A DNA stretch of 64,000 nucleotides from the human T2T-CHM13v2.0 reference genome, Homo sapiens: assembly GCF_009914755.1 (NCBI RefSeq), contig NC_060934.1. One strand, 5' to 3'. Below are positions 27,214-41,285 of this stretch, one piece after another. The position numbers and the translations under genes were made by a program. Each line of letters opens with the position of its first letter. The stretch's first letter is position 1. Below the pieces are notes generated by a model, which saw only the letters and a program-made list of their open reading frames with translations, had not been told where the DNA came from and did not search any database.

Positions 27214-27386
27214 CAGTGGTTCTCAACCTTGACCACATATTTGAATCACCTGGGGAGCTTTAACAAATACTGGTGCCTTGGTCCCAACCCAAAGATTTTG
27301 GTTTAATTGGCTGGGGTGTGGCTTGGGCATTGGGGTTTTTAAAGCTCCCCAGGTAGTTGGAAGTGCAGCCAAGGTTGAACACCACG
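27214..27386. mobile_element. MER5A-type hAT-Charlie MITE
   Basis: CAGTGGTTCTCAACCTTG...GAATCACCTGGGGAGCTTT...AAAGCTCCCCAGG...CAAGGTTGAACCAC terminal inverted repeats. Confidence 0.8.
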
Positions 27387-28599
27387 GGTAGAAGAAGGGG
27401 CGGGGATATGTTTGTAGCTGGGGGTGGAGGGGACTCAGATATCTTTCTAACTGTTACATTCTGAATTTATTTCGAATAAAAAGAGATTTTCTTACTTTTT
27501 GAGTGCCATGTCAGGAGGCTACATTTTTTTTTAACCTAAAAGGAAGATATGAACTTTCCAAAGACAAGTTTTTTGCTCCATAGACTGAAGGGAGCATTTT
27601 TGCTGTTTCATTGGAACTGCTTCGCTGGATGTCTTGCCCCCTCCCGCTTGTACCTTGGTGGGATGATTATGCTCCTCGGTGTGTACCAGGGATGTTCATG
27701 TGTAGCACTTTACAGGATGACTTAGGAAACAAATCAGATGAAGCATCAGCGCTGATAGCCAACTCTGTGTTTCTTGAACACTGAAAAGAACAACTTTTTT
27801 CTTTTCTTGAAAGTCAGTTTCTATAAAATCATTCAGACTTCTCTCAAGTTCTAGACTGTGTTGCAGAGAGCTCCTTATAGACAAAGAGTGGTTCAAATTC
27901 TCTTCAGGCAAGAGGAACTAAGGGAATGAAGAATGTGTCATTCAGTATCCTCACTGTTGTTTTCAGATATGTATATACTTATTTATGTAGCTAACATTGG
28001 TTATAGCTACTATCTCTTAAATGAGCAGAAGGGCTAAAAGAATCCAAACTCCTCTGGGTTTCAATGAGTAAGCTTGCATTAACAAGATTTGTGAGGCTCA
28101 TTTCTCTACATATTTACTTCTCTTTCTTTTTTTCCATATACTGCCTCAGAACCTTAAGTATAAGTATTTTTATAAATATATATATATACTCTTACATATA
28201 TATTTATATTTCCGCTTTTTACAGTGTCTATTTCGGCCTTTCTGAACTGGGGCACTAACCTGAATGCTAGTGTTTAGAGTAAGTACCACTTTCCTGTTAA
28301 CTCACAGCCAGCTCGTAAATCTCCCTGATCCCAGGCACTTTCTTGCCATTCGGTGCTCTCAGCCTCTGCAGCTTGTCTTTCCTGCTGAGGGGCTCTGAAT
28401 GGCCTTTCAAAAGGGCTGCAGCTGATGTGGTTGATCTGCACCAGGGGGGCCTTTTGCTCCAGGTCAAAGATGTCTGATTCTAAGTCTTGCTTTGTAAAAA
28501 ATTATCCTATTTTTTCCTGATATTTTAACATCTGAAGCCCTGCAGGGGTTAACAGCTTTCCTCACATGGTCTTAGCCTGAACGTTATAGGCACTGAGGC

Positions 28600-29110
28600 T
28601 CCTTACCTTTCACCATGCATCAAAACAGATTCCGAGTGAATCAAAGAAATGAATACAAGTGAAACAAAAAAGAATCTGGAAGAAAATAAAGATGCATATT
28701 GATCTGATTTCAAGAATGTAAATTCATACACATATAAGTAGAATGGAAGAAAGGTAAACATATTTAACTATATAAAAGGGAATATTTCTGTATGTCAAGA
28801 TAATACTCTTTCTAATAGTTAGAAAAATAGCAAATAAAATACTAGAGAAAATATTTCAATACATAGATAGCAATGGAGGAAATTGCCTTATACCTGTATT
28901 AGAGCAAACTTAATAAAACAGACTAATACCCCAACAGAAAAATAGCAAAGGACATAGAAAATTCATAAAAGCAATACAATACTAACATATGAAAAATCTT
29001 CAGGCTCATTAATGCTCAAAGAATAGAAATTAACATAAGAATACTTTTTTTATTATGGAGTTGGCAAAGATGTAAAAAATGTTACTATATTGTGTTAGTG
29101 AGGTGAATTG
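28600..29110 (+). mobile_element. Old L1M ORF2 fragment
   Basis: A-rich sequence with L1-like AACATATGAAAAATCTTCAGGCTCATTAAT. Confidence 0.55.
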
Positions 29111-29190
29111 TAATAACAAAATGTTCATATTTCCTCCTCCATCTCAGACCTCTTCAACTAAGTTTGGATGAGGTAAGAAAATTGGAAGGT

Positions 29191-29597
<407 letters not shown>

Positions 29598-29599
29598 CT

Positions 29600-29930
29600 A
29601 AAGTAAGCAATCTGAACACCAGGTCATTTGAGGAATGGTTGAAGGATCTGAGAGTGTTTAGCTTGGAGACTAAAGCTTTTAGGGTAGATATATAGAAAAA
29701 TTGATAAAGAAGAAGATATAGATTTTCTCTTCTTACTTTTTCCAAAGCAAGAGTAGAAAGGGCAAGAAAACACCTTTGGCCTAATACATGGAGGCTCTTT
29801 CCTACAATCAGAGCTGTCTAGTCCTAGCATGAGCCAATTCCTGAGATGAGCCATCCCATCAAACAGAAACTGAAAAGCTTTTTGTCGGGGATGTTATAGA
29901 AGAAACCTCTTGACCCGTATGAGTTCTTTG
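29600..29930 (+). mobile_element. CR1/L3-like fragment
   Basis: GAGGAATGGTTGAAGGATCTGAGAGTGTTTAGCTTGGAGA resembles the L3 3' motif. Confidence 0.45.
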
Positions 29931-31060
29931 AAATTTTACCTTTATAAAGTCATCTTTTACTAACTATAGAACTTTCATAGAATGGTTTATTTTTGAAAGA
30001 AACTAATTTAAATGATCCCAGACAAGTGAAGATAATGGAAACCTGCAGGGAGTACATCTGGTTGACCAGAGTTCAAAAAATGTAGGTACCAAATAATATC
30101 AGCAGTGTAGAACTAAAATACTTAGATGTCTTGAGTCTGCTGGGATAAATGGACAAATGGCCTACTGGTCCCAGAAACAAGTCTTCATATTTTGTTTTTG
30201 AGTGTCTGAGTCGTGGTATTGAATTAATGGGGTTAAGGTTTTTCCCAAAGCTTCTTTTACCTGATCTCTCTGTGTCCAGAAACTAAACATGGTGCTTTCA
30301 GGTATCATTAGTGAGAGATTGTGGCGGGTCAGGTGGGTGGCCAGTTCACCCCTCAGGATTTTTCACATTAGCCAAGCTCTGAATCCAGAGATGAAATATC
30401 ATAATATGGTCTGGTCTGTTCCAACAGGGACACGAAGATATTTTTAAAGTCTTAGCACCTGGGAGTTACTTGAGTATTTTCAGAACCATTCTGTTTGGTT
30501 AACATCAAAGGACACCTCTCTAAAGGCATGCAGTTAGATGCCAATGTTTTTCTTTGATGTAGGTTTTAATGAGGGTGAAATGAAAGCAAAAGTTATATCC
30601 CAGAGAGATGGAAAAAATGAGCAGTATGTGGAAAAAGGAAAAAAAAAGATGTGCATTTCTTCACAGAATAGGCAATAAGATTTTTGGTTCATAGGAGCCT
30701 TGAGATTTTTTTCAGCTAAAGGAGAGGCTCATGCAGATCTGAAATTTAAACATTAATATGGAACCTATTAGCCCCAAAGCAGAAATACTTTACATGTCTA
30801 TTTATGGCACCACCCACAGGCTGCTTCCTGTTAGTTGTTTGTTTCTAGTGACAGAGATGAGCTCCTTTAGGAGATTCTTCTGAGCTCCTTTAGGAGATTC
30901 TGAGATTCATCTCAGAATCCCCTCCCCAACAACCCCAAAACACCCCACATTAAATAGCTCTTGAAAGCCAGGTGAGGATATGGCCTAGCAATAGAAAGAT
31001 CAAGGGACATTCTGATCCGAAACATTCACATTGAACTTTACATTCAGAATTTCCCCCTAA

Positions 31061-31412
<352 letters not shown>

Positions 31413-31863
31413 CGGGACCATAATTCTTTTAAAATTTTAGTTAGTCATTGCAAATTAGATCACTGAAGAAGAAGTTATGTCTGACACAAAGTAGGATCAA
31501 TAAAACTGGTGAATGGATGAAGAGATATACTTTCCAGTTTCCTTGGGAAGCCTCCCTTGTTGGCATCTTTCCCTCAGAAATATACCTCTGAGAATGGGCT
31601 CCGTTAGGTGTGAGGGAGTTGAAGGTGCCTGTGTATATGGGGCGGGAATATAACCTATTGATATAGATTTTTATATACCTCAAATTAAACAAATCTAGAG
31701 TCATTGCTGGTTTTTAATAATCCCTTTGTTTGAGAAGAGCATAATAAAAACAGAAGGGAATTCCCCACTTTTTCTGGAAAAAAAAATGTGCTTTTACTAG
31801 AATTCTGTGATTGGGAGACAGTCTTAGAAGTAGCTCAGAGAAGAACTTTTAAAAGGGTCTGAG

Positions 31864-32504
31864 CACTTTTACACTGTTGGTGGGACTGTAAACTAGTTCA
31901 ACCATTGTGGAAGTCAGTGTGGCGATTCCTCAGGGATCTAGAACTAGAAATACCATTTGACCCAGCCATCCCATTACTGGGTATATATCCAAAGAACTAT
32001 AAATCATGCTGCTATAAAGACACATGCACACGTATGTTTATTGCGGCACTATTCACAATAGCAAAGACTTGGAACCAACCCAAGTGTCCAACAATGATAG
32101 ACTGGATTAAGAAAATGTGGCACATATACACCATGGAATACTATGCAGCCATAAAAAATGATGAGTTCATGTCCTTTGTAGGGACATGGATGAAATTAGA
32201 AATCATCATTCTCAGTAAACTAACGCAAGGACAAAAAACCAAACACTGCATGTTCTCACTCATAGATGGGAATTGAACAATGAGAACACATGGACACAGG
32301 AAGGGGAACATCACACTCTGGGGACTGTTGTGGGGTGGGGGGAGGGGAGGGATAGCATTAGGAGATATACCTAATGCTAAATGACGAGTTAATGGGTGCA
32401 GCACACCAGCATGGCACATGTATACATATGTAACTAACCTGCACATTGTGCACATGTACCCTAAAACTTAAAGTATAATAATAATAAAAAAGAAAAAGAA
32501 AAAA
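31864..32504 (+). mobile_element. 5'-truncated young L1PA (L1PA3-like): end of ORF2, 3' UTR and poly(A)
   Basis: ORF 31905-32276 is the L1 ORF2 C-terminus (WRFLRDLELEIPFDPAIPLLGIYP...). 3' UTR reads GCATTAGGAGATATACCTAATGCTAAATGACGAGTTAATGGG. Perfect TSD AAAAGGGTCTGAG (31851-31863 / 32505-32517). Confidence 0.95.
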
Positions 32505-32516
32505 AAAAGGGTCTGA

Positions 32517-32844
<328 letters not shown>

Positions 32845-33029
32845 TTAATGAAACTGGTGTGAATTAGCCTGAAGGAGAAAACTTCTGGGTAACCTAATAC
32901 TCTTCAAATATATTCATTCTGTAAGGAGCCTACGATGAAATGAACCCAGACAATATCATGACAGAGTCCAGTTATCCATATGTATATCCATCTTATGTAA
33001 TTGTAATTTTATAGTACTGGACTGTTGTT

Positions 33030-33270
33030 GTAGCACATTGTTGAAAAAAGTGCACTAGAGTAAGGGTCAGGGGAACTGGATCCTAGGGACTTCTAGCTTT
33101 GTCACTTACTAGTTGTGTGACACTTGAATAAGTCACTTAATACTTTAAGACTCAGTGTCTTCAACTCTAAAATGGAAGGGAGGCAGGAATTATTCTATAT
33201 GCTTCATGGTTCTGTCAGAAGGTTAAATGAGATAATGGCTATTAAAGTTTTTCATTATCTATAAAGTTGC
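33030..33270 (+). mobile_element. MIR element
   Basis: TGTCACTTACTAGTTGTGTGACACTTGAATAAGTCACTTAA...CTCAGTGTCTTCAACTCTAAAATGG. Confidence 0.75.
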
Positions 33271-33754
33271 AGCCATAGGTACAGTGGGCCCCAGTGTTCT
33301 TATACAATTAAGTGTTCAGACAGGATTGAAATTGTGGTCACTCTTTTCTGAGAGGGCTTTAAATGTGGGGCATCCTCTGGTCCAGATGGCTTGGCCACAG
33401 ACTGAAGGCTGGGGGAGAGAGCCAGATCACCTCCCAGTGTCACTCCACCTCAGGATTCTTAGCATCCGCTTGTTCCCTCAGGTCAATGTGTCAGAACAGA
33501 ACAGCCAATGTGATGAAAGTTGCTTCCCTCTTTCCTAATTTTTGGAGTATTTTCCCTCCAAATGGAATTGAACAAGGCACATAAGGGAGAACACTGGGAT
33601 CTGATCTAACACCTGTTTTTGGTTTGCTTTTTCTCTGGAAAGGTAAGTCCTTTCGATTTTAGATGTCAGTTGGCTTGTGAGGCCGAACTTCATGTTGCTT
33701 CTGTTTGTTGAGAGACACTGGAGATATTTATCAGGTACAAATGATTCCCTAGAG

Positions 33755-34079
33755 CAGGGCTCCCTAACCCCTGGGCCATGGACCAATCCTGTTAGGAACT
33801 GGGCTGCACAGTAAAAGGTGAGTGGTGGGTGAGCATTACCACCTGAGCTCCACCTCCTGTCAGACCAGCAGCATCATCAGATTCTCATAGAAGTGTGAAC
33901 CCTATTGTGAACTGCACATGCAAGGGATCTAGGTTGCACACTCCTTATGAGAATCTAATGCCTAATGATCTGAGGTGGAACAGTTTCATTCCCAAACCAC
34001 CCCCAAGCCCCCAACAGTCTGTGGAAAAACTGTCTTCCATGAAACCAGTCCCTGGTGCTAAAACAGTTGGGGACCACTG
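33755..34079. mobile_element. MER1B-type hAT-Charlie DNA transposon with 8-bp TSD
   Basis: CAGGG...CACTG termini, characteristic internal GATTCTCATAG/CCTTATGAGAATC palindrome, TSD CCCTAGAG (33747-33754 / 34080-34087). Confidence 0.9.
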
Positions 34080-36101
34080 CCCTAGAGGACAGTGGCTATT
34101 GCTTTGTGATCACACAAGGCAATGGGTAGATTCTGTATTTTGCAGATGCCCCCAAAATCTCCTCTGACTTATCCAGAATGGGAACCATTGTTCTGGATGT
34201 GAATGGGGCCATCTTCTTCTGAGAAAGGTGAGAAACCAGGGAACATGACAAGGGAGGGACCCACAGCTGGATTTTTTCTGGAAAACAAAACTAGCCAGCT
34301 ACTGCCACCACTTCCTCTAGTCATAGAGCCTCTTTGTGTGGCCTCTTAGTGGCTTGACTTTGCTGATGACCACTGAGAACACAGGCTCCAAAAGTGAAGA
34401 GGAAACAGGGGGAATGGGGACCAGAAGAGAATAGAATTTCAGAGCTCAAAGGGAAGCTATAATCTCTTGTCCAACCCCCGACTGAGGAAGGAATCCTAGA
34501 GCACCTCTGAGATGGCTGCTCACACTCTGATTAATAGGCTACCTCCTGAGAAAGCCTATCCTGACCTCGGTCAGACCAGGCAAGCCTTTGGAAAACGAGC
34601 TCATTTTGAAGTGAAATCTATCTCTTTTAAATTGCACTCCTTGGTTTTCTGTCATTTTGGAGTATTCTAGGCCAAATCTGTTTAATTTCACTTGGCAGTC
34701 CTCTGAAGAAAGTCCTCATGACTTACCTTACTTTTCTCCTCTGAACTAAATTTCCCCATTTCCTTCAGCTATTCCCTGAAGAATATGTATTCCAGATGCA
34801 GAATACTCTTGTTTGTACACACTGCAATTTTCTAAAACTTCTGTCCTATGGGCTAGAGAGCACCTACTTTTTGTCTGGTTCCTAGAATAAGAACAGTCTC
34901 TTATATAAGGAGTTGGGACTGGAGTAGGGGGGTCTTACGATTGGTTCATTCACTGAGATGGGAAACAAGAACCTTCTTGTGAATGTGGTTGCCTAGACCA
35001 TACATAAATAGTGACCCCAAGGGTGCTTCCTGTGTGATACTTGACATACCTTAGCTCTGAGTTCACACAGAGTTGCCCTTTCAGAGATTTCAAATCTTCC
35101 CAGGCCCAGTGGCAATTCTAAGAGAATGAGAATTACCCCATGTCCTCGAGCAATCAAAGAAGTCTTCTGGCCTCTCCCTACTCCTGAAACACTAGACCAG
35201 AATACCCAACTGGTGGCTTGAATTGGGGCGGGGGGCACTGACTTGCTCTATATCCTCTTCCTGGTTCCTCCAGACAGGAGCAGTTACACATTCTTCTGCT
35301 CCCAGAACTTTCTATCCCCTTCTGAGCTAATATGGCTTCAAGCTGTAGCAAGAACTAGCAGACACAGAACACAGAGTCTGGCCCCAGAGGCTTATAAAAG
35401 AGAGAAAGAGACACCAAAGGCTGAAATCACTTCCTAGCATTTTCTTTCATCCCTTTCTGCACAGTCTGCTTCACTGAAACCACACCCTTCCTGTGAGACC
35501 CCCATCGCAGACCACTCAGCTCTTTAGTAGTTGCTGAGCAGAGCACTAGATGTGGTCTTGAACATGTACATGACAGTTCCTGTCTGGCAGCTTACAGTCC
35601 ACCATGGCACAGCCCAGGATCGAGCCAATGAGGTCTAGAATAGGAGAGGTGTTAAACTGGCAGTAATTTATAGGCAGAACAGACTCAGAAGAATGAAGGG
35701 CCCAACATTTCACAGTGAATTAGTGGCAGGATCAGGGGCTGGAATCCAGTTCCCTTGAATTCCAATCCAAAACTCTCTAATCCAACATATGTAAAATCGT
35801 TATGTGTGTATCTGTATTTATATTTATAGATGTATGCATATGCATGGGTTTGTGGAAGGCTTTATTTCAACCATATTTTCCAAATTGAGTCTCATAATAA
35901 TCCCATTTGACAGTGAAGGAAGCTCAGGTTTGATCACAAAGATAAATGGTAGCATCTGAATTCAGATCCTCACCTTCTAATTCCAGTTCCAATGTTCTTC
36001 CAATTACCTGACATTATTATTTGAGCTCAGTGGGTGTTACTAAATCCTTCTTAAGGATCCCTGTAGAATGAAATTCTCTTTGTCCTTGTCCCTCTCCTAC
36101 A

Positions 36102-36392
36102 TTTTTTTTTTTTTTTGAGGCAGAGTCTTGCTCTGTTGCCCAGGCTGGAGTGCAGTGGTGTGATCTCAGCTCACTGCAACCTCTGCCTCCCAGTGATTCT
36201 CCTGCCTCGGGCTCCCAAGTAGCTGGAATTACAGGTGCTCACCACCACACCTGGCTAATTTTTGTATTTTTTTTGTACAGAAGGGGTTTCACCATGTTGG
36301 CCAGGCTCATCTCGAACTCCTGACCTCAAGTAATCCCCCCGCCTCAGCCTCCCAAAGTGTTGGGATTACAGATGTGAGCCACTGTGCCTGGC
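36102..36392 (-). mobile_element. AluS element (small internal deletion)
   Basis: Antisense dimer; TSD-like TCCTACATT on both sides. Confidence 0.93.
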
Positions 36393-36869
36393 TGGTTTCC
36401 TACATTCTTAACAAAGTTGTAACACAACTCCTCACTATTATGGTGATGGCAAAAGTTGAACATATGACATATCGCTAGCTAGTGGGAGTCAGTCCCTTTA
36501 GTCACCCTTAAGGATAGGTATAGAAAGACAGGGGTTAAGGTATGGCCAGCTCCAAACAGCAGGGGAATCATCTTGGAGGCAGGGACATAGGGGTGGGGTA
36601 AATAGGTTTAGAGTCCTGCCTGCATCTTTGGTTGGAGGGAAAATAAGCTCATTAAAAAATGCTACCCTTGACTATCATCTTCTGTTTCATCCTTTTGCTT
36701 TTTTGTAATTCTTAGCATGACTTTTTATCATAATCCTAACAAATGTTTTGTCAACACATTATCTTAAAAGTCTGAAAACATTCCTCTTTGGAAGAACATT
36801 CTTAGGGAAAGCAATTGTATCCTTCCTCTTTCTCAACCAGCCAGATTTCTGAGTTGAGGAAAAGGAAGG

Positions 36870-37080
36870 CAATGGATATTTATTGAGCATTTACTATATG
36901 TCAGGAACTTTACACAGATTACCTCATTTACTTTGCTCCACAAAAGAGGTTTCACAGACGAGGAAACTGACGCTCACAGAGATGACATAACTTGCCTAAA
37001 GACACACAGCCAGCAAGTAACAGAGCAGGGATGGACACCTTGGCTTGTTAGACTAAAGCATTTGGCCAGTCCCCTCCACA
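36870..37080 (-). mobile_element. MIR element
   Basis: ATTTATTGAGCATTTACTATATGTCAGG...ACAGACGAGGAAACTGACGCTCACAGAG...ACTTGCCTAAAGACACACAGC. Confidence 0.8.
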
Positions 37081-38259
37081 CAGTGCACACAGTCTTCCTG
37101 ACACTGGGCAGGCTCAGCTCCTAAGCTCTTCGGTTCCAGAGGACCCTAACCAGAGGACCCTAATCACTGCTGCAGAGTCAGCCCTTCTGTCAGAAATGGC
37201 TTTGCAGATCATTATTTAATGGCAGCAGGAGATTTAAATGCACTCATGATCCTCAGAAAATCACACCCAGGATGAGAGTTTTCAAGCTGCACAGGACCTT
37301 ACCACATGTACAACAACCCTTGAAATCTGAAGATTAGGAAACTGAGGCCAAAGGATTAGGATAAAATAATTTTCCCAGGTCATATGATTATTTAGTGGTA
37401 AAGCAGGGACCAGAACCAGGTCTCCTGCCTAGGATGAAGGCCAGGAATTCAGCACACTCATCATGAACTACTCAGAAGTGAAGAGAAAGGGGATAAAATA
37501 CTCAATAGAGTCCTGCTGACATAGGTAGGACCGGGAAGAAAGAAAAACAGACGCAATGTACATGTAGCCAGAAAAAAGAGCCAGCATGTGAACCGAGACT
37601 GAAAATGAAGATCTAGCGTGGGCTAAATAAGTCACTCAATAAGTGACTTCCCAGATTGTTTTTTGCTCCCATTGCAAATACAATTGGAAGCCAAATGCAA
37701 GCCACCAAGGTTGCAGTGAAACAGTGAATAATTATAGCACAAATATTTGTGGGCAGCTGTTGGAGTGCAAGCCACCTGCTCCAAGTTTACAGCTTTGTTA
37801 AACTTGGTAAACATTAAAAATGGAATAGGAATGCCTCCAGTCTGTGCAGCATCCCATACCCTTCCTGAGAGGCCTCACTCGGGGAGCTGGGGTGGCCTTG
37901 CCCTTGACCAGGCCCTTCTCACTGTGGCCTAGAGTTGTTTTGTTTGTAGAGATCCATGTTGTCAAGTCTCTAATAGAGACTGAGGGAGGCAGGGAGTGTC
38001 ACAGAATCGTTTATTTGTAGAGTTTTGAAAGGGTCACAGAGCCCTCAAAATATAATCTCTGTCCTATTATTCAGATGAAGAAGCTGAGATGGAGCAGTGA
38101 TGTGCTCAAGTCATAAAGTTAGGGGCAGGACAGACTCTTTATCTCTGACCTTTTGAGCACTAAACTCTTTGTTTAGTGCTCCTTCCTGTAAGCCCTGTGA
38201 GGTTAATAGATGGTAACAACAAGGGAGTCAGCATTACAGAATGTTACAGCTGTGAGGGA

Positions 38260-38420
38260 CATGGTTCTCAACTACCAGGATGTTTGGTTGCTACATGACC
38301 ATGGGGCACTATTGGCATTTGGTGAGCAGCGGCCAAGGATGCTAAACAGCTTACAATGTGAGAGTTGTGTATAACGAAGAATCATCTGGCTCAAATACCA
38401 AGAGTATCCTTGTTGAGAAA
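38260..38420. mobile_element. MER20-like hAT-Charlie fragment
   Basis: GGTTCTCAAC...GGCCAAGGATGCTAAACA...GTTGAGAAA termini. Confidence 0.55.
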
Positions 38421-38645
38421 TACTTTCTCCACCATTTGACTTTACAACTGGGGAATCTAAGATAGGGAGGGGCTTGAACATGTTCCCAAAAGGAGTCAGC
38501 AGTCACCTGACCCCAGACCGCTCTTTGTCCTACTCCATCCCACTGAGCCCTTGAGAGAATTAGCAGCAACCTTGGTGTCTTCAGCCTCCCCCTCCCTGAG
38601 CTCCTGCTGCACTTGCTCCCGAGCTATTTTCAGGTTGGCACGTAC

Positions 38646-38792
38646 TTGGACTTTAGGCCCTCCTGCCCATAGGGCTGCAGCAGGTACTGGTGAACCAGCT
38701 TGTCTCTGAGAGTCCCAGCCAGCTTGATTTTCTTTCTTGATCGATGCAAGTTGATGATAAAAAGTGTAATGGACCCACGAACGTAGTTGTGG
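38646..38792 (-). CDS. HPSE2: HPSE2 coding exon 11 (147 nt): (N)HNYVRGSITLFIINLHRSRKKIKLAGTLRDKLVHQYLLQPYGQEGLKS(K)
   Basis: Acceptor ctttctctggatctcag|C, donor CAA|gtacgt. Open frame, phase-compatible with exons 10 and 12. Recognised heparanase-2 sequence. Confidence 0.97.
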
Positions 38793-39535
38793 CTGAGATC
38801 CAGAGAAAGAGAGAAGTGAAAGATGGAAACAAAGTGGTCAGTTAGATGCTTCTAAATAATTTATAGACTGTACAAAATATGAACAGCCCTGAAAATGGCA
38901 CTTAAAAACTTGGCCACCATAGACCCTAAAAGAAAGGAAGGCCTTGTTATTGTGGTTTCTTGCAAAGATGATAGCCACTTCCTGCCATACTTCTTTTGTT
39001 TTTGTTTAAATTTATTGCAATGATTTTAGAAAATATAATGTATATATTTTATGGCATATATTACCATAGTATGGAAGTAAAACATGCTGATTGCAAAAAA
39101 GGAAAAATATTGAGAAACAAAAAGAAGAAAAAGAAAATTCCCCATAACCCTCATATCTTGAGATATGATAATATTTTGGCAAACATCCTTCCAGTATTTT
39201 TTAGTTTATTAATTTGACAAATATTTATTGAGTACTTTGACACATTATTACTCAGTTTTTACATAACTGGAATCACATTATTCACAGAGATTTTTTTCCA
39301 TTAATGAACATCTTAAACATATTCCCATGTGATTCTTTTTCTACTTGTAGAAGAATGCTAAACTTTTCAATCATAGAAGTGTAACATTACTTAACTAATC
39401 CCCTATGTTTGCAGTTCAGACAACTCATGTTTGAACATTTTTGCCATTATAAATTATGTCATGTGTATAAACTTTTTGATTATTTCTGATGGATAAAGTC
39501 CTAGACGTTGGAATCATTAGTCCAAGGGAAATGTG

Positions 39536-39914
39536 TGTTGTATGATTCCTCACCAAATTTTCCAGTTCATTCCCAGTGGTGCACCTCCCTGTGGGAAGAT
39601 TTTTTCTTCCTGCCCTACTAAGTGATCGCGTGATTTGCTTTGTCCAATGAAATGTGAGTGGACATGGCAAAAACCTCTAGGCAGAAGCTTTAGGACTCAG
39701 CCCATCTTTTGCCATGTTTCATTTCCCTCTGCCAGAAGACTGACAATGTTCTTGACAAAGGCTGTTCTATTGAATGAAGATGATGTGGGCAGAGGTACAG
39801 TTGAGCCATGATGGACAAGTAGTGTGAATGAGAAATAAATTTTCTTATTGAAAGCCTTGGAGATTTGGGGGCTATTCATTATTGCAGCATAACCTCACCT
39901 ATCCTGACAGATAC
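39536..39914 (+). mobile_element. MLT1-type LTR
   Basis: GATTTGCTTTGTCCAATGAAATGTGAGTGGAC...GAGAAATAAATTT...AAGCCTTGGAGATTTGGGG...GCAGCATAACCT...CCTGACAGATACA. Confidence 0.75.
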
Positions 39915-40115
39915 ACACTTTTTGATGCCATTGATATTAACTCTCTAGGAAGCTTTCACTAATTTTGCTCCCACCTGCTCTATATGAGAGCACCTATTTC
40001 CTCATACCCCTAAGAACACTTCCAATGTGTTCTTTTAAAATACCTTTGTCAACCTGAGAGGTGAAAATGGGATTTCAATGTTGTATTAATTTGTATTTTT
40101 AAAAATTAATACTGA

Positions 40116-40546
<431 letters not shown>

Positions 40547-41139
40547 ACCTTTGCCTATTTTTCTGTTGATTTATAAAAACTATTTATTAAAGAGCAGTCT
40601 TTTGTCTGCAAAATTTCCCCCAGTTTTCTTTGACCGTTTCAGTTTATTTACATTGTATTTTAATATATAAAAGTTAAAAAACTTTTATGTAGTCAAATTT
40701 ATCTTTTTGATTTCTTCTTTTGCTGTTTTACCTACCTCAAGATTATAAAACTATTCACCATTTTGGAATCTTTTTAAATGAGCATAAGATCTTCAGAAGT
40801 CTGAGAGAACTATATGCCTACATGCACTAGCCCTTCAGCATGTATCAGCAAAACTATAATGATTTCCTTCTCTCTGTAGGAAAAAATGCTTAGTTTCTAA
40901 GGGGTCCCTTAGGGCCCCATCTGGATAGGTTAATGAGAGGAAACAGAAAAAAATGACCCAGCCCCACCTTCAAAGGAGGAGTTCAGAGAAACTCTAAGTC
41001 AACTTTGCCCAGAGGAAAGCATCATTCCTTATAGAAATAACACCCCTCCATCCTGGGTCACTCACCTCTGCTTCTAAAGGTGCTAATTAAGAGTTGAGTG
41101 ACCAAGGACAGGTCAGTATGGTGACATGGAGTTTTTTAT

Positions 41140-41285
41140 TTTTGTTTTTGTTTAGAAGCACAGTTTCCAGGGCTCTTCCGTGGAGATTTTGATGCAATCT
41201 ATTTGGGATTAGGGACTGGGAATCTATACTTAAAAAAATCTTTCTGGGATATTTGGCAGATGAATTGGGTTTGGGAACCACTTGC
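41140..41285. mobile_element. MER5-like fragment
   Basis: GGAGATTTTGATGCAATC...GGGAATCTATACTT...GGTTTGGGAACCACT. Confidence 0.55.
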
